Assembly: GCA_051294375.1 (NCBI GenBank)
Contig: CM119265.1
Location: 9,246,772 to 9,310,771 of the forward strand
DNA length: 64,000 bases
Direction of reading: 5' to 3'
Source: Paraspadella gotoi
Taxonomy: Eukaryota > Animalia > Chaetognatha
Shown: in pieces, positions 49,057 to 64,000 of the stretch
How the letters are laid out: each line of letters starts with the position of its first letter
Position numbering within the stretch: the stretch's first letter is position 1
Made by a program: the position numbers and the translations under genes
Notes under the pieces: generated by a model
Told to the model about the DNA's origin: nothing
Databases searched by the model: none
The model's input: only the letters and a program-made list of their open reading frames with translations

Positions 49057-50410
49057 TGATGATTTGAGGCTAATTTTCGTCTCATGGGTTGGAGGAGAGA
49101 GAGAGAGCTTGGAGGAAAGGATAGCGGATGATGCGATGAAGGGAAGCTCTTCCTTTGTTTCCTTTTTTTTATCCGCCGTTTTTTCTCACCTTTTTTTTTT
49201 TTTTTTGAGGTCATTTTTTAAAATTTTTAATCCGACTTAATTTATAATCCTGATTTTTTTTTTAAGGTGGGAAATCGGTAAACCGTAAAGGAGAGATAAT
49301 TGGGAATTAAAAATTTTTAGTTTTGTTTTTAGTTAAAAGCCAATATGTATAACTATGACTATGTGTAAGTTAAATTTGACAAAAAATATTCACGCTTCAC
49401 CAAAATATATGGAGATTGAAACGTTGAAAACTTTATTTTTAAACACCGGAAACTAAACTTAACAATAGCATTTTGATCATAATAGTTAAAACAGCGATAT
49501 TTTACTATTACGGATATTGTAAAATATAACTTTTGATATATCATATAAACACTAAGCGTAAGAAAGTGAATATAGGAGCGGATCTAGTAAAAGGATCGAA
49601 TGATAGGATTTTTTGTACGAAAGAGTCGGCGCTGCACAACTCGACTCCGTCCGCAACCACAGCCGCAGCCGCTGCCGCAGCCGCAGCCACAGCCTCAGCC
49701 GCAGCCGCAGCCGCAGCCCCAGCGCTGGAGGATTCGGTCAGTCGCAGCTCGTCGTCGCCAGATCGGCATCGAGGACGAAACGTGGACAAAGGGCGTCACG
49801 ACCCGGGCCGCTGTCGTCGCAGGACGCACGGGACGTTTGAGGGAGATCTAAACAGTTTGGGTCATGACGTGATGTCCTTTTAAGATCAATTCAAACAAGA
49901 ATGACTAAGTGATAATGAAAGCTAGGTGATAATAAAAAAGTTTATTCTAAAAAAAAAAAGGCATTTTCGGTCGAAATTGGAAAGGGATCTAATCATAGTC
50001 GCCTCTCGGCATCAATTTCCAACAGTCTCGTCGTCAAGAAGAAAAACTTCGGCAACGCGAATACGATGACATTTGTTTCGCCTGGCAACGGAAACGAGTT
50101 TTGCTCCTGGCGTGGAACGATCAATCGAGGATATAAAAAAGAATAATGAATGTAGTCTTAACAACAAAAAATAGAAAACTGAAAAGGTTTGAATGACGAT
50201 TTGATCGTCGCCTTTGGTTTGGTTTTTTTTTGGCGGCGAAATGCGTTTTCTATAAGTTTTGCCTTCGATTCTTACCTCACTGCGCATCAATTCGCCGTTC
50301 TGTCGTCGTCGTCGTAGTCGTCGTCTTCTCTTTCGACGTCGTCGTAACCGGAACGACGGTCAAAAAGCGTGGCTCCGCCGCTGGACGGCGTCAAATAACG
50401 GTGACGTTCC

Positions 50411-50487
<77 letters not shown>

Positions 50488-50817
50488 TCTCTCGCCGAGG
50501 GCGTAAGGTCTCAGCTTGGCCACAAAAGCGTCAATGTTTCGCTCGGATGACACGAGCGACGTCGCCGCCTCGTGACGGCGTCTCGCGTCGTCGAGGACCC
50601 TCGCTCCGCGCCGCGTCTTCGATTGGCGTCCCGCGGCGCCGCGTGACCGGCCAACGGGCGCCGCGGAGCGTCGAATGCGGCGTTCTTCATCGACGCAGCC
50701 TCGAGTGACTGTTTCTCTCTTGATTTCGAGAGGCGATTGTACCTTCTGTCATCTTTAAACAAGACAAGTCTTTGTTTATTCTTTACTTCATTATTAATAC
50801 TTTCATTTACATAATTA

Positions 50818-50819
<2 letters not shown>

Positions 50820-50911
<92 letters not shown>

Positions 50912-50912
50912 A
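50820..50912. repeat. (TAT)n microsatellite
   Basis: Visible run; inverted noisy copy at 58435-58540. Confidence 0.95.
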
Positions 50913-51240
50913 TTATAACCACGTATACAGCACACATGAGAACGAGCCCCTTTTGTCAGTCAGTCTAGAGCCGCAACAATGAAACTAAAACGTTAAATTC
51001 TAAACAATCCATTTTAAACCTTTAAATCGTTCTCTCCCCCTTTTTCTTCTCCCTTTTTTATCTATCGAAGGAAATCTATTTTTTTCTCTCTTTTGACGTC
51101 TTTTGTTTTCGATCCTCAACGACCGTCGATCGTCCACGCAACGCCCTCTAGGTGCGCCGAAGGGAAAGTCCGTCGCCAGTAGCGACTTACGCGTCTGGCG
51201 CTTTATTGTGACTCCGTAAACGGATAAACCATTGTGAGTT

Positions 51241-51372
<132 letters not shown>

Positions 51373-51671
51373 TTTTGTGTATACTGCTTTAATCTTGACC
51401 CCGAGGGACTTACTGACTTTGCATTCCGCTGCTGACGTCATGAACCGAAACCTTTGTTCCGGAATGGCAAAAAGTCGGGTGTTGCCATCCGGGTTGCCAT
51501 TAGGGACCATTATGAATACCTTACGACCCTTTACATACCTATCCTAGCTTAAGGCTGAGCCTATTGTGTTTTAGTTGTAGTAACGTTATTGACAAAACTT
51601 GTTAAAAGAATGTAAGTGATAATGTCTAGTGTCTATTGTGAAACTTGAGACAACGAGATGTTGAAGTGGGA

Positions 51672-51758
51672 AATGGCACAGGGAGTGACACAGGCAATGG
51701 CACCGGGAATGGCACATGTAATGGCATAGGCAATGGCACAGGTAATGGCACAGGCAAT
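51672..51758. repeat. 12-bp tandem repeat (aatggcacaggN), ~7 copies
   Basis: aatggcacaggg agtgacacaggc aatggcaccggg aatggcacatgt aatggcataggc aatggcacaggt aatggcacaggc. Confidence 0.85.
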
Positions 51759-52912
51759 TAGGGGATTAGGCTTGGCAAATGCAGAATGAAAATAGCAAAC
51801 TAATTTTTAACAATTTTCTTTTATTAATCTAAAGCTAATGGTTTTCTGTTTGTCTCTCTCTCTCAATTTCCTTCCTCCTTTTCTCTTTTCTTTTCCATAA
51901 CTAAAAAAAAGAATAGTTAATGGGTTTGAGTGAAAAAAGACTCGGGTCAACACAAATTCGCCCATTATTCTTTCTTTTGTCGCAAACAAAGTGGGACCCA
52001 TCGGTATTTTTTTACAAATGCATTTTTACCTTTTTTTTCCTTTTGTTTATTTGAAAAGAGAAACAAAGAAAGAAATAAACAAAGAGGAGAGAAAAAGCGA
52101 GTGTGTTATGGTTGTCGTGGGGTGCTATCACAGTTCACTGACGACTCCCACTTTTTTTCTTCTCTTTCTTTCCTTCACTCTTCCATTCGGACCATTATTT
52201 TTAAAAAAATATTTTTTGTGAACTTTTCTTTTCCTTTTCTTTTCCATGTTGCTCTTTTTTGAAAGATCTTTAATAAACGGGTCTCATGCAAATAAAGATG
52301 TACAAGGCCCATGGAAAACTCGATAAAACTTTGGAGAAAGACAGGAGAGAGAGAGAGAGGAGTCGACCGACGGAGAGCAAGCGAGAGAACGAGACGAGAG
52401 ATGAGAGAAGACAGAGACGAGAGAAGAGAGAAAGAGGAGAGAAAGAGAGGAGAGTTGATCATCTCAGCAGAGTGTGATAACGGATTCACGAGCTGCCAAA
52501 CCTTGACATTTTCGTCCTGAACTGGGACTGCGAAAAGAGTCGGCTCAGGGCGGAGGGCGGACGGCGGGAGTGGTTAAGGGTAATGGTAGAGAGTGAGATA
52601 TTCATTCGAGGGGGTGAGTGTGGGGAGTCGAGACGAGACGAGACAAGGTCGAGCACATCGTTGGGCGACTTTACGTTTTCTACTGACAACGGACGACCAC
52701 GACGTGGATTCCGTCGTCCGGTATCGCTCCTCAGAGGTTTCCAGGGGGTAGCTCGAAGTGATGGGGAGCGGCTTTGGGTTTCATGATCTCCTAAATAGGC
52801 TTTTTAGTTGTGCTTTTTTTTTTCTTAAAAAAACTTTTTTTCAGATTTTAAAGCCTCCAAAAAAAAGAAGGGTTCCTTCAGAGGGTTGAAGGCAGGACCC
52901 AAATTTCGAAAA

Positions 52913-52963
<51 letters not shown>

Positions 52964-55051
52964 GGGGTTTAGACGCGATGAGGCTTTCTAGGAGGAGGAA
53001 GATGATGAGGAAGAGGAGGAGGAGTTTAGGAGGAGCGAGAGAAGGTTTGAGATTTCGAGAATGAAAGAAACTAATGAGGATACAAAAAAAAAAGGAAGAC
53101 ATTAAATCTTCCGCTTCAACTCAAGAAAAAAAAAACATGGGTTACCTTCAGACTTCCTTCCCTTTTTCCGTCGTCACAGCGACCGAAGATTTTTCCCTTT
53201 TTTTTTTTCCTTTTTCCTTTTTATTCTTCTTTAATGATGAAAACAAACTTTTTTTTCTTATCTTTCATTATTTTTGGTGATCTCGCTAAATAGGAGGAAA
53301 ACGGGTCAGAATTTCCCGGGCGAAAAAGATGCCGATCAGTTTCATTTTTTTCTTTTTCAACCTTTTTTTTTTATTTTATCTTTTATTCTTTTTCTCTTTC
53401 TTTATTTCCTAGATTTTAATTTTTTAAACTAATCCATCTTTCCTATTAAAATATCGTTTTTTTTTTACTCTTCGACGTCTTAGGGAATTCTCTCTCGCTG
53501 ACCCGCTTTTAACCCCCCCCCTCTCTCTCTTCCCTCGTTTTCCCCTCAAAATGTTTTCCGAAGGCAAAATATAACCGTTTAAACTTTAATCTCTTAAATT
53601 GTCAAAACAACGAGAAAAAAAATTAATCCTCAGTATTTTTTAGCGCAAGGAAAAAAAATCCCGAAAGTAAAAAAAACATTGACCCTTTCCTTTCTCCTCT
53701 TCTCAGTTCCTTTCCTTTTTTTGCTTCTCCCAAACCTTTTTTTCTCCCTTTCCAACCCTTTTCCCTCGGCTGCCCCCAACCCCCGAAAAAAAAGTTATGA
53801 TCTTGAAAATTTCTCGGTCTTGTTCTTTTTTTTTCTGAGCGCGGGAAAATCGAGCTCAGTCCTGTTCTTCGTTGTTCGTGTTCATTGTCATTTTGATCGC
53901 TAAACGTCCGGAGAAATGACGTTTATTCTCTTCTCCCGGGTTTTTGCATATTTTTTTACAGTAAACACCGTTTTTGGCGCCTAGGGATCGAAACGGAGTT
54001 TCAAATGCGTAATTCTATGGATTACCAAGTTATTTTACCGATATTTAAAAGATTTATTTTTGGTTCTGGCTAACGGACGAAATTTTACTAAAAAAGTTCA
54101 GGAATTACGTATTTCTACGGTTATTTTGGAGTTATTCTGCAGTCTATAAAAATATTTGAAATATTAGTGTACTGTATCCTCTCTCTTTAATGCGGACTAA
54201 AAACAATTTTTTTCGTGGAGCATCTTTACTAAACGAAAGAAAAATAACTAAACTGGAGAATTCATGAAGTCAAAATTATTTTTCGACCTTTTAGCGCTGA
54301 AGGGATATTGATGTGAAGGAAAAGTGAAATGTTATATATCCACTTGAATTTTTTTGTATAACATAATGCATATTGCATATTCTTCATACAGCATATTTAA
54401 AAAAAAAAGATTTTGAAGTTTTAATGAGTATTTGGGTTTTACTACCACTTCTGGATGTGTAGCGAGGTCAAAACCGAGTTTTGATCCTGTACAGGGTGTC
54501 ACAGGGTGAAAGGGTTAAAAGATGCGGATGATGAAATTTGGGTGAAGGATGAATTCGTCTTCTCATCCTCGTTTGTCACGACGGGACATTTCTAAACGAA
54601 AACCACAGGGAAAAAAGTTCACGTCGTTTATGGTGATTTGGGCGAAAAAGGAAAATCCATGGTGCAGCGACTCAGAATGAGTTTTGGGGAGTTCATGGTG
54701 CGAGAAGCTGAGTTCGAGGAAGGGGTGCTCTTTGAGGACGACGACGACGACGACGACGAAGATTGTAAATCAGCGACTTTTGGAGTCAAAGCTTTTGTCA
54801 ATTCATCGCCGACGACAATGACGACGACGTCGCTCGAATTACGACGAAAAAGATCGACGGAGCGAAAACAAAGGAACAACGGAATAAAATCAAAACAAAA
54901 CTCAGAAGCGAGAATTTTCAAAAAGTCGATTTAATGGAGCGAGAACATTTTTTTGGGTGAGGCGAGGGATTGTGAATTGGCGCTGTGACGGAATGTCGAG
55001 CTAAAAATAGAATGTGACTCCTGATCGCCCTCCCGTGAACTCTCTCTCTCA

Positions 55052-55082
<31 letters not shown>

Positions 55083-55380
55083 CCTCTCTCTCTCTCTCTC
55101 CTAAAATAATTATTTTATTCTTNNNNNNNNNNNNNNNNNNNNNNNNNNNNNNNNNNNNNNNNNNNNNNNNNNNNNNNNNNNNNNNNNNNNNNNNNNNNNN
55201 NNNNNNNNNNNNNNNNNNAGAGAGAGAGAGAATATAAAAAATGAAAAATGCCAAAATTTGTGAAAGAAGGAATCAAAAAAATAAGGATCAGAATTTTCAG
55301 AATTTTCAATGCGCCGGTGATTTTGATCGTGGGAGTCGGGATTTTTTCCGTCTCCAATTTTATGTCCGAATTATTTTCGT

Positions 55381-55465
55381 CAATGGAGGATCAATGGGAG
55401 GACGATGGCTTTGATGGAGGATCAATGGAGGATCAATGGAGGATCAATTGGAGATATCAATGGAA
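55381..55465. repeat. 11-bp tandem repeat (atggaggatca)
   Basis: About 6 partly degenerate copies. Confidence 0.75.
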
Positions 55466-56577
55466 TCGATGGCGCAATTGCAAAGATTTCGCCTCAATTT
55501 CGCGTTTGCATCACAAAAGAGGAAAAGTCTAAAGAAAATCGGGATAAAACGTAGAAAATGAAGGACGAAATGATTGGGAAATGTTGGAAGAAGAGTTGGT
55601 GGATGTAATGATTGGGAAATGTTGAATGCTCTTTTGTGATAAATAGAAAGAAGGAGGTACCGACGAAAGATTAATTTGCATATTTCCGACAGTATTGAAG
55701 TTAAAGGCATTTACAGTGATAATTTATTTTTTAAATAGAAAGATGTTCTCAGACTCAGACAAAATTNNNNNNNNNNNNNNNNNNNNNNNNNACAAATTAT
55801 GACTTTCATTTTTTTATAGGAATTTACGATCGCTATCCCTTTAAAACTGTCTCCAGCAACTTGTATTGCATTCATACAAACAAATATTATTTAGTACTCT
55901 ATATTTTTTCCCAACATTCCTATCCTAGATGATAAATTAGACAAGGAAATAGACAACGAAAATAAGTTCTTTTGGTTGCTCTCTCGTTTCCGTCACTCGG
56001 TAAAGTTTATCCAAATTTTCTCACGATTCTTTTTCGACTTTGTTGTGTTTTTCCAAATCGCATCTCAGCAACGCGGGATTCCACTTTGACGGAATTTTCT
56101 TGTTTTTCCTAAATGTCTTTTTTTTCACGGTTTTTTTTTTCCCCAGATTCTCGTTCTCGTAGTCTTTTGTTGTTGTTTTTTTTCCGTTCGTCGGAATCTT
56201 GTCTCTCGGCAACGAAAAGGACAACAACGAACAATTGATTTCCCCCCCCCCTCTTCGAATCATCGTCACATCTTCTCTCTAACTCGGCAACTTTGCTTGT
56301 CACCAAATAATTTAAGACGACGCTGATTTGCTTGCAACTCATGGCAACCAACAAGTAAGGCGCTTGCAACTCGGCAACAACTCAGATGGCGCTCGCATCT
56401 CGGCAACGGAGACAAGTGTTTCGCGTTCGAATTCTCTTCAAATTTCGAGTTTCGCGTCGTTGAAAAGTTCGACCCAAATTATTTTTTTTCTGGCGTGAAA
56501 TCTCTCTCGCCCAACGCGTAAGAAAGATGGGTACGCCCTTGGTTTCTCTTTTTCTCTCTTCTCTCTTCTCTCTCTCT

Positions 56578-56706
<129 letters not shown>

Positions 56707-57365
56707 TTCTCTCTCTCTACTCTCATTCTATTTTCCCCTTCCGTTCCGCTTCATTTTAAAACCCAAAAAGTTTCTCAGGAATTTGTTTGTTTAGTGTTGT
56801 TTATTTAGTTGATTACTTTCACCTTTTTTTCCCGACGCAAATTTTGTTCTTCCATTTACGGAAACTCTTTCAAATCAAGATTCACTTCACGGTTCCAAAA
56901 CGGCGGCTCTGTCTAATTAAATTCTTTAGAAACAACGTTAAAGGTTTGACTCTATGTCAAAAGATCTTCGGGTTCCGATTGCTCCTTTGACGTTCGGAAC
57001 AAAGTTTGGGTCAGAAGAGATCATTCATTCGTTAGACGTGAATTCCTGAATTCATTTCTTTCTCATCTTGTTTAATTTATTCATTCATTAGTATAAAAGG
57101 TTATATTCACAATTCATTCTTCTCTTCTATCTTTGTACTCTCTCAATGTGGTCTTTAAAAAGTAACTTGTATATATAAACCGTAATGCCATTGGTTAAAA
57201 ATTAAAACTTGAAGCTTAGTAATAGTATGTTCCTTGTTTTATATTACGTATGGTTAATCAAATTACACAGATTTATTATTTTTTTCCCCAAAAGAGAAGA
57301 ACGAAAAATCGTCCTTCACATTTTTTTCTCACGCTGTTTTCTCTCTCTCTTCTCTCTCTCTTCTC

Positions 57366-57437
<72 letters not shown>

Positions 57438-58004
57438 TAATCTCGGCATCGATTCGTGCTCCGGCAACAACTCCCCGGAAAAACAATCGTGGGTCGCTAA
57501 ATGCCATCCGGATGGCCGACAGGAAAAAAAATTGTTTGACTGATTCCAAAGTTGCCTTTTTTTTTTCTGTTGTTTTTCATCGGAATCGTTTTTGTCTTTT
57601 GTTTTAAGAATTTTGTTGCACAGTTTTTCGCCAAAATTCCAGCATCTCTCAGCAACGAGCGAGGACTCTTGTGACTCTTTCTCTCTCAACCCTCTCCTAT
57701 TCTCTCTCTCTCTCTCTCTCTCACTCCTCTGCCTCCCTTCTCCTCACCCCTCGGCCTCACCCCCTCAACTACAAAATAGCTAATACTACTCTAATATCAA
57801 TCATCGCTCCCTCCGTCATTTTTAAAGGAGCTTTTTACTCCTTTTCAACTCGGTCAACATTTTTCGATCTACAAAAACAAATTCGATGCCAAAAATCGCG
57901 TTAGGTTTTAATTTCGATGGGAAAATAAAAGGAAATTTTCACTCGGGACGAAATAAAAATGAATGTTATATTGGTGATGTGAATGATGATGTATATATTT
58001 GGAT

Positions 58005-58068
<64 letters not shown>

Positions 58069-58078
58069 AAGAGAGAGA

Positions 58079-58111
<33 letters not shown>

Positions 58112-58921
58112 CAACTCACAATGGTTTATCCGTTAGGAGTCTTTTCACAAATAAAAGCGCCAGACGCGTAAGTCGCTACTGCGACGGACTTTCCCTCGGC
58201 GCACCTAGAGGCGTTGCGTGGACGATCGACGGTCCGTTGAGTCGAAAACAAAAGACGGTCAAAAAGAGAGAAAAAAATAGATTTCCTCGTAGATAAAAGG
58301 GAGAAGAAAAGGGGGAGAGAAACGATTAAAGGTTTAAAAGGATTGTTTAGAATTTAACGTTTAGTTTTCTTGTTGCGGCTCTAGACTGACTGACAAAGGG
58401 GCTCTTCCTCATGTGGTGCTGTAATACGTGGTTATAATATAATAAATAATAATAATAATAAAATAATAATAATAATTAATAATAATAATAATAATAACTA
58501 ATAATAATAATAATAATGAATAATAATAATAATAATAATGTAATTATGTAAATGAAAGTATTTAATGAAAGTAAAGAATAAACAAAGACTTGTCTGTTTA
58601 AAGATGACAGAAGGTACAATCGCTCTCGAACATCAAGAGAGAAAGCAGTCACTCGAGCTGCGTCGATGAAAGAACGCCGCATTCGACGCTCGCGGCGCCC
58701 GTTGGCCGGTCACGGCGGCGCCGCGGGACGCCAAATCGGAAAAGACGCGGCGCGGAGCGAAGGGTCCTCGACGACGCGAGAACGCCGTCACGAGGCGGCG
58801 ACGGTCCTCGTCCCTTCATCCGAAGCGAAAAATTGACGCTTTTGTGCCGAAGCTTGAGACCCGTTACGCCTCATGGCGAGAGTAGAGAGAGAGAAGAGAG
58901 AGAGAGAGAGAAGAGAGAGAG

Positions 58922-58976
<55 letters not shown>

Positions 58977-60017
58977 TCAACCGTTTACTTGACGCCTCCA
59001 GCGGCGGAGCCACGCTTTTTGAACCGTCGTTCCCGGTTACGACGACGTCGAAAGGACGACGACGACTAACGACGAACGACAGAACCAGCGAATTGCTGCG
59101 CAGTGAGGTAAAGAATCCGAAGGAAAACTTATAAGAAAAAGATTTTCCGCAAAAAAAAACCAAACCAAAGCGGACGATCAAAATCGTCATTCAAACCTTT
59201 TCAGTTTTTCTATTTTTATTTTTTTTTTTGGTTAAGACTAACATACATTATCTTTTTTTATATCCTCGGATTCATCGTTCCACGCCAGGAGCAAAGACTC
59301 GTTTCCGTGCCAGGCGGAAACAAATGTACATCGCTATTCGCGTTTGGCCGAAGTTTTTTCCTTCTTGACGACGAGACTGGGTAATTGATGCCGAGAGGCG
59401 ACTATGATTAAATCCGTTTCCCAAATTTCGGACCGAAAATGCCTTTTTTTTTTTTAGAAATAAACTTTTTTATTATCACCTAGCTTTCAATTATCAACTT
59501 AGTCATTCTTGTTTGAATTGATCTTAAAAGGACATCACGTCCATGACCAAACTGGTTTAGATCTCCTCAAACGTCCGTGCGTCCTGCGACGACCAGCGCC
59601 CCGGGTCGTGAACGCCTTTGTCACGTTTCGTTCCTCGATGCGATCTGGCGACGACGAGCTGCGACTGACCGAATCTCGCAGCGCTGGGCTGCGGCTGCGG
59701 CTGCGGCTGAGGCGTGGCTCGGCTGCGGCACGGCCTGCGGCTTGTGGTTGCGGACGGAGTCGAGTTGTGCAGTACGCCGACTCTTTCGTACAAAAATTCC
59801 TATCATTCGATCCTTTTACTAGATCCGCCCTCCTATATTCACTTTCTTACGCTTAGTGTTTAACTATGATTAATCAAAAAGTTTATATTTTACAATATCC
59901 GTAATAGTAAAATATCGCTGTTTAAATATATAGATCAAGAAATGCTAATTGTTAAAGTTTAAGTTTCCGGTGTATTAAAAAATAAAGTTTTCAAACGTTT
60001 TCAATCTCCAAATAATA
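58005..60017 (-). repeat. Inverted ~2-kb copy of 49405-51368, rich in small indels
   Basis: For example gcaactcacaatggtttatccg at 58111 is the reverse complement of 51221-51242; similarity is continuous to caatctcca at ~60010, matching 49410. Confidence 0.95.
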
Positions 60018-60018
60018 T

Positions 60019-61492
<1,474 letters not shown>

Positions 61493-61517
61493 NNNNNNNN
61501 NNNNNNNNNNNNNNNNN

Positions 61518-64000
61518 CCCTTTAATATTTTTAGTAAAATAGTCCTGCCAACAGGGGGGGAATTATTCCTGCTGTGAGAAAAAAAAATCCTGCCAAAAAG
61601 ATTTCTAAGGTTTTTGTTTTTGAAAAATGACTGTTCCTGCCAGCAAAAAATCATTCCTGCCATGAAAAATCCCCTTTAATATTTTTTAGTAAAATAGTCC
61701 TGCCACAGAAATTATTCCTGCTGTGAGAAAAAATTCTGCCAAAAAGATTTTCTTCAGATTTTGTTTGAAAAATGACTGTTCCTGCCAGCAAAAAATCATT
61801 CCTGCCATGAAAAATCCCTTTAATATTTTTAGTAAAATAGTCCTGCCAACAGGAATTATTCCTGTGTGAGAAAAAATCCTGCTAAAAAAGATTTCCTAAG
61901 ATATTGTTTGAAAAATGACTGTTCCTGCCAGCAAAAAATCATTCCTGCCATGAAAAAATCCCTTTAATATTTTTAGTAAAATAGTCCTGCCAACAGAAAT
62001 TAATCCTGCTGTGAGAAAAAATCCTGCTAAATAAGATTTCCTTGGATTTTGTTTAAAAAAAATGACTGTTCCTGCCAGCAAAAAGTCATTCCTGCCATGA
62101 AAAATCCCCTTTAATATTTTTAGTAAAATAGTCCTGCCAACAGGAATTATTCCTGCTGTGAGAACAAAATCCTGCCAAAAGATTTCCTAAGATTTAGTTT
62201 GAAAAATGACTGTTCCCTGCCAGCAAAAAATCATTCCTGCCATGAAAAATCCCCTTTAATATTTTTAGTAAAATAGTCCTACCAACAGGAATTATTCCTG
62301 CTGTGAGAAAAAAATCCTGCAAAAAGATTTCCTAAGATTTTGTTTGAAAAATGACTGTTCCTGCCAGCAAAAAATCATTCCTGCCATGAAAAATCCCCTT
62401 TAATATTTTTAGTAAAATAGTCCTGCCAACAGGAATTATTCCTGCTGTGAGAAAAAATCCTGCCAAAAAGATTTCCTAAGATTTTGTTTGAAAAATGACT
62501 GTTCCTGCCAACAAAAATCATTCCTGCCATGAAAAAATCCCCTTTAATATTTTTAGTAAAATAGTCCCTGCAACAGAAATTAATCCTGCTGTGAGAAAAA
62601 AATCCTGCTAATAAGATTTCCTTGGATTTTGTTTGAAAAATGACTGTTCCTGCAGCAAAAAGTCATTCCTGCCATGAAAAATCCCCTTTAATATTATTAG
62701 TAAAATAGTCCTGCCAACAGGAATTATTCCTGCTGTGAGAAAAAAAATCCTGCCAAAAAGATTTCCTCAGATTTTGTTTGAAAAATGACTGTTCCTGCCA
62801 GCAAAAAATCATTCCTGCCATGAAAAATCCCCTTTAATATTTTTTAGTAAAATAGTCCTGCCAACAGGAATTATTCCTGCTGTGAGAAAAAAAATCCTGC
62901 TAAAAAGATTTCCTAAGATATTGTTTGAAAAATGACTGTTCCTGCCAGCAAAATCATTCCTGCCATGAAAAATCCCCTTTAATATTTTTAGTAAAATAGT
63001 CCTGCCAACAGAAATTAATCCTGCTGTGAGAAAAAAAATCCTGCTAATAAGATTTCCTTGGATTTTGTTTTGAAAAATGACTGTTCTGCCAGCAAAAAGT
63101 CATTCCTGCCATGAAAAATCCCTTTAATATTTTTAGTAAAATAGTCTGCCAACAGGAATTATTCCTGCTGTGAGAAAAAAATCCTGCCAAAAAGATTTCC
63201 TAAGATTTTGTTTGAAAATGACTGTTCCTGCCAGCAAAAAAATCATTCCTGCCATGAAAAATCCCCTTTAATATTTTTAGTAAAATAGTCTGCCAACAGG
63301 AATTATTCCTGCTGTGAGAAAAAAAATCCTGCAAAAGATTTCCTAAGGTTTTGTTTGAAAAATGACTGTTCCTGCCAGCAAAAAATCATTCCTGCCATGA
63401 AAATCCCCTTTAATATTTTTAGTAAAATAGTCCTGCCAACAGAAAATATTCCTGCTGTGAGAAAAAAATCCTGCCAAAAGATTTCTTCAGATTTTGTTTG
63501 AAAAATGACTGTTCCTGCCAGCAAAAAATCATTTCCTGCCATGAAAAATCCCCTTTAATATTTTTAGTAAAATAGTCCTGCCAACAGGAATTATTCCTGC
63601 TGTGAGAAAAAAAATCCTGCTAAAAGATTCCTAAGATATTGTTTGAAAAATGACTGTTCCTGCCAGCAAAAAATCATTCCTGCCATGAAAAATCCCCTTT
63701 AATATTTTAGTAAAATAGTCCTGCAACAGAAATTAATCCTGCTGTGAGAAAAAAATCCTGCTAATAAGATTTCCTTGGATTTTGTTAAAAAATGACTGTT
63801 CCTGCCAGCAAAAAGTCATTCCTGCCATGAAAAATCCCCTTTAATATTTTTAGTAAAATAGTCCTGCCAACAGAATTATTCCTGCTGTGAGAACAAAATC
63901 CTGCCAAAAAGATTTCCTAAGATTTAGTTTTGAAAAATGACTGTTCCTGCCAGCAAAAAATCATTCCTGCCATGAAAAATCCCCTTTAATATTTTTAGTA
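61518..64000. repeat. Satellite DNA, ~144-bp monomer, ~17 copies, runs off the right edge
   Basis: Monomer cccctttaatatttttagtaaaatagtcctgccaacaggaattattcctgctgtgagaaaaaaatcctgccaaaaagatttcctaagattttgtttgaaaaatgactgttcctgccagcaaaaaatcattcctgccatgaaaaat; catg anchors at 61661, 61806, 61949 and 62096. Confidence 0.98.

Noticed and set aside
49533-49883. Poly-Ala / (QP)n / (RS)n ORFs
   Set aside because: Arise from a (GCAGCC)n hexamer tract open in several frames; more likely part of a repeat element than a gene.

Overview
Animal (metazoan) nuclear DNA with GT-AG spliceosomal introns. Most of the ORF track is noise from (GA/CT)n microsatellites and antisense frames. Manual splicing supports six genes: an unrecognised minus-strand gene running off the left edge (161-3360), a divergent calmodulin-like gene (+, 8667-11368), an XK-related scramblase-like gene (-, 12406-16527, one GC-AG intron), MVB12 (-, 18180-19531), RELCH (-, 20042-24616) and PINCH/LIMS (+, 33478-45523, one 7.5 kb intron). 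Introns host tRNA genes: tRNA-Ser(CGA) plus two decayed copies in the calmodulin-like gene, and two tRNA-Phe(GAA) in the XKR-like gene. Repeats include a Tc1/mariner-type non-autonomous element nested in a Helentron/DINE-like element, an 85-bp minisatellite and a ~144-bp satellite with an apparent 12-monomer higher-order period. The window splits into a compact gene cluster without GA repeats (9-27 kb) and a GA/CT-dense, gene-poor domain (28-61 kb). The 58-61.5 kb inverted plus direct duplication is probably an assembly or amplification artefact. No database search was run; the 'novel system' ideas are hypotheses.
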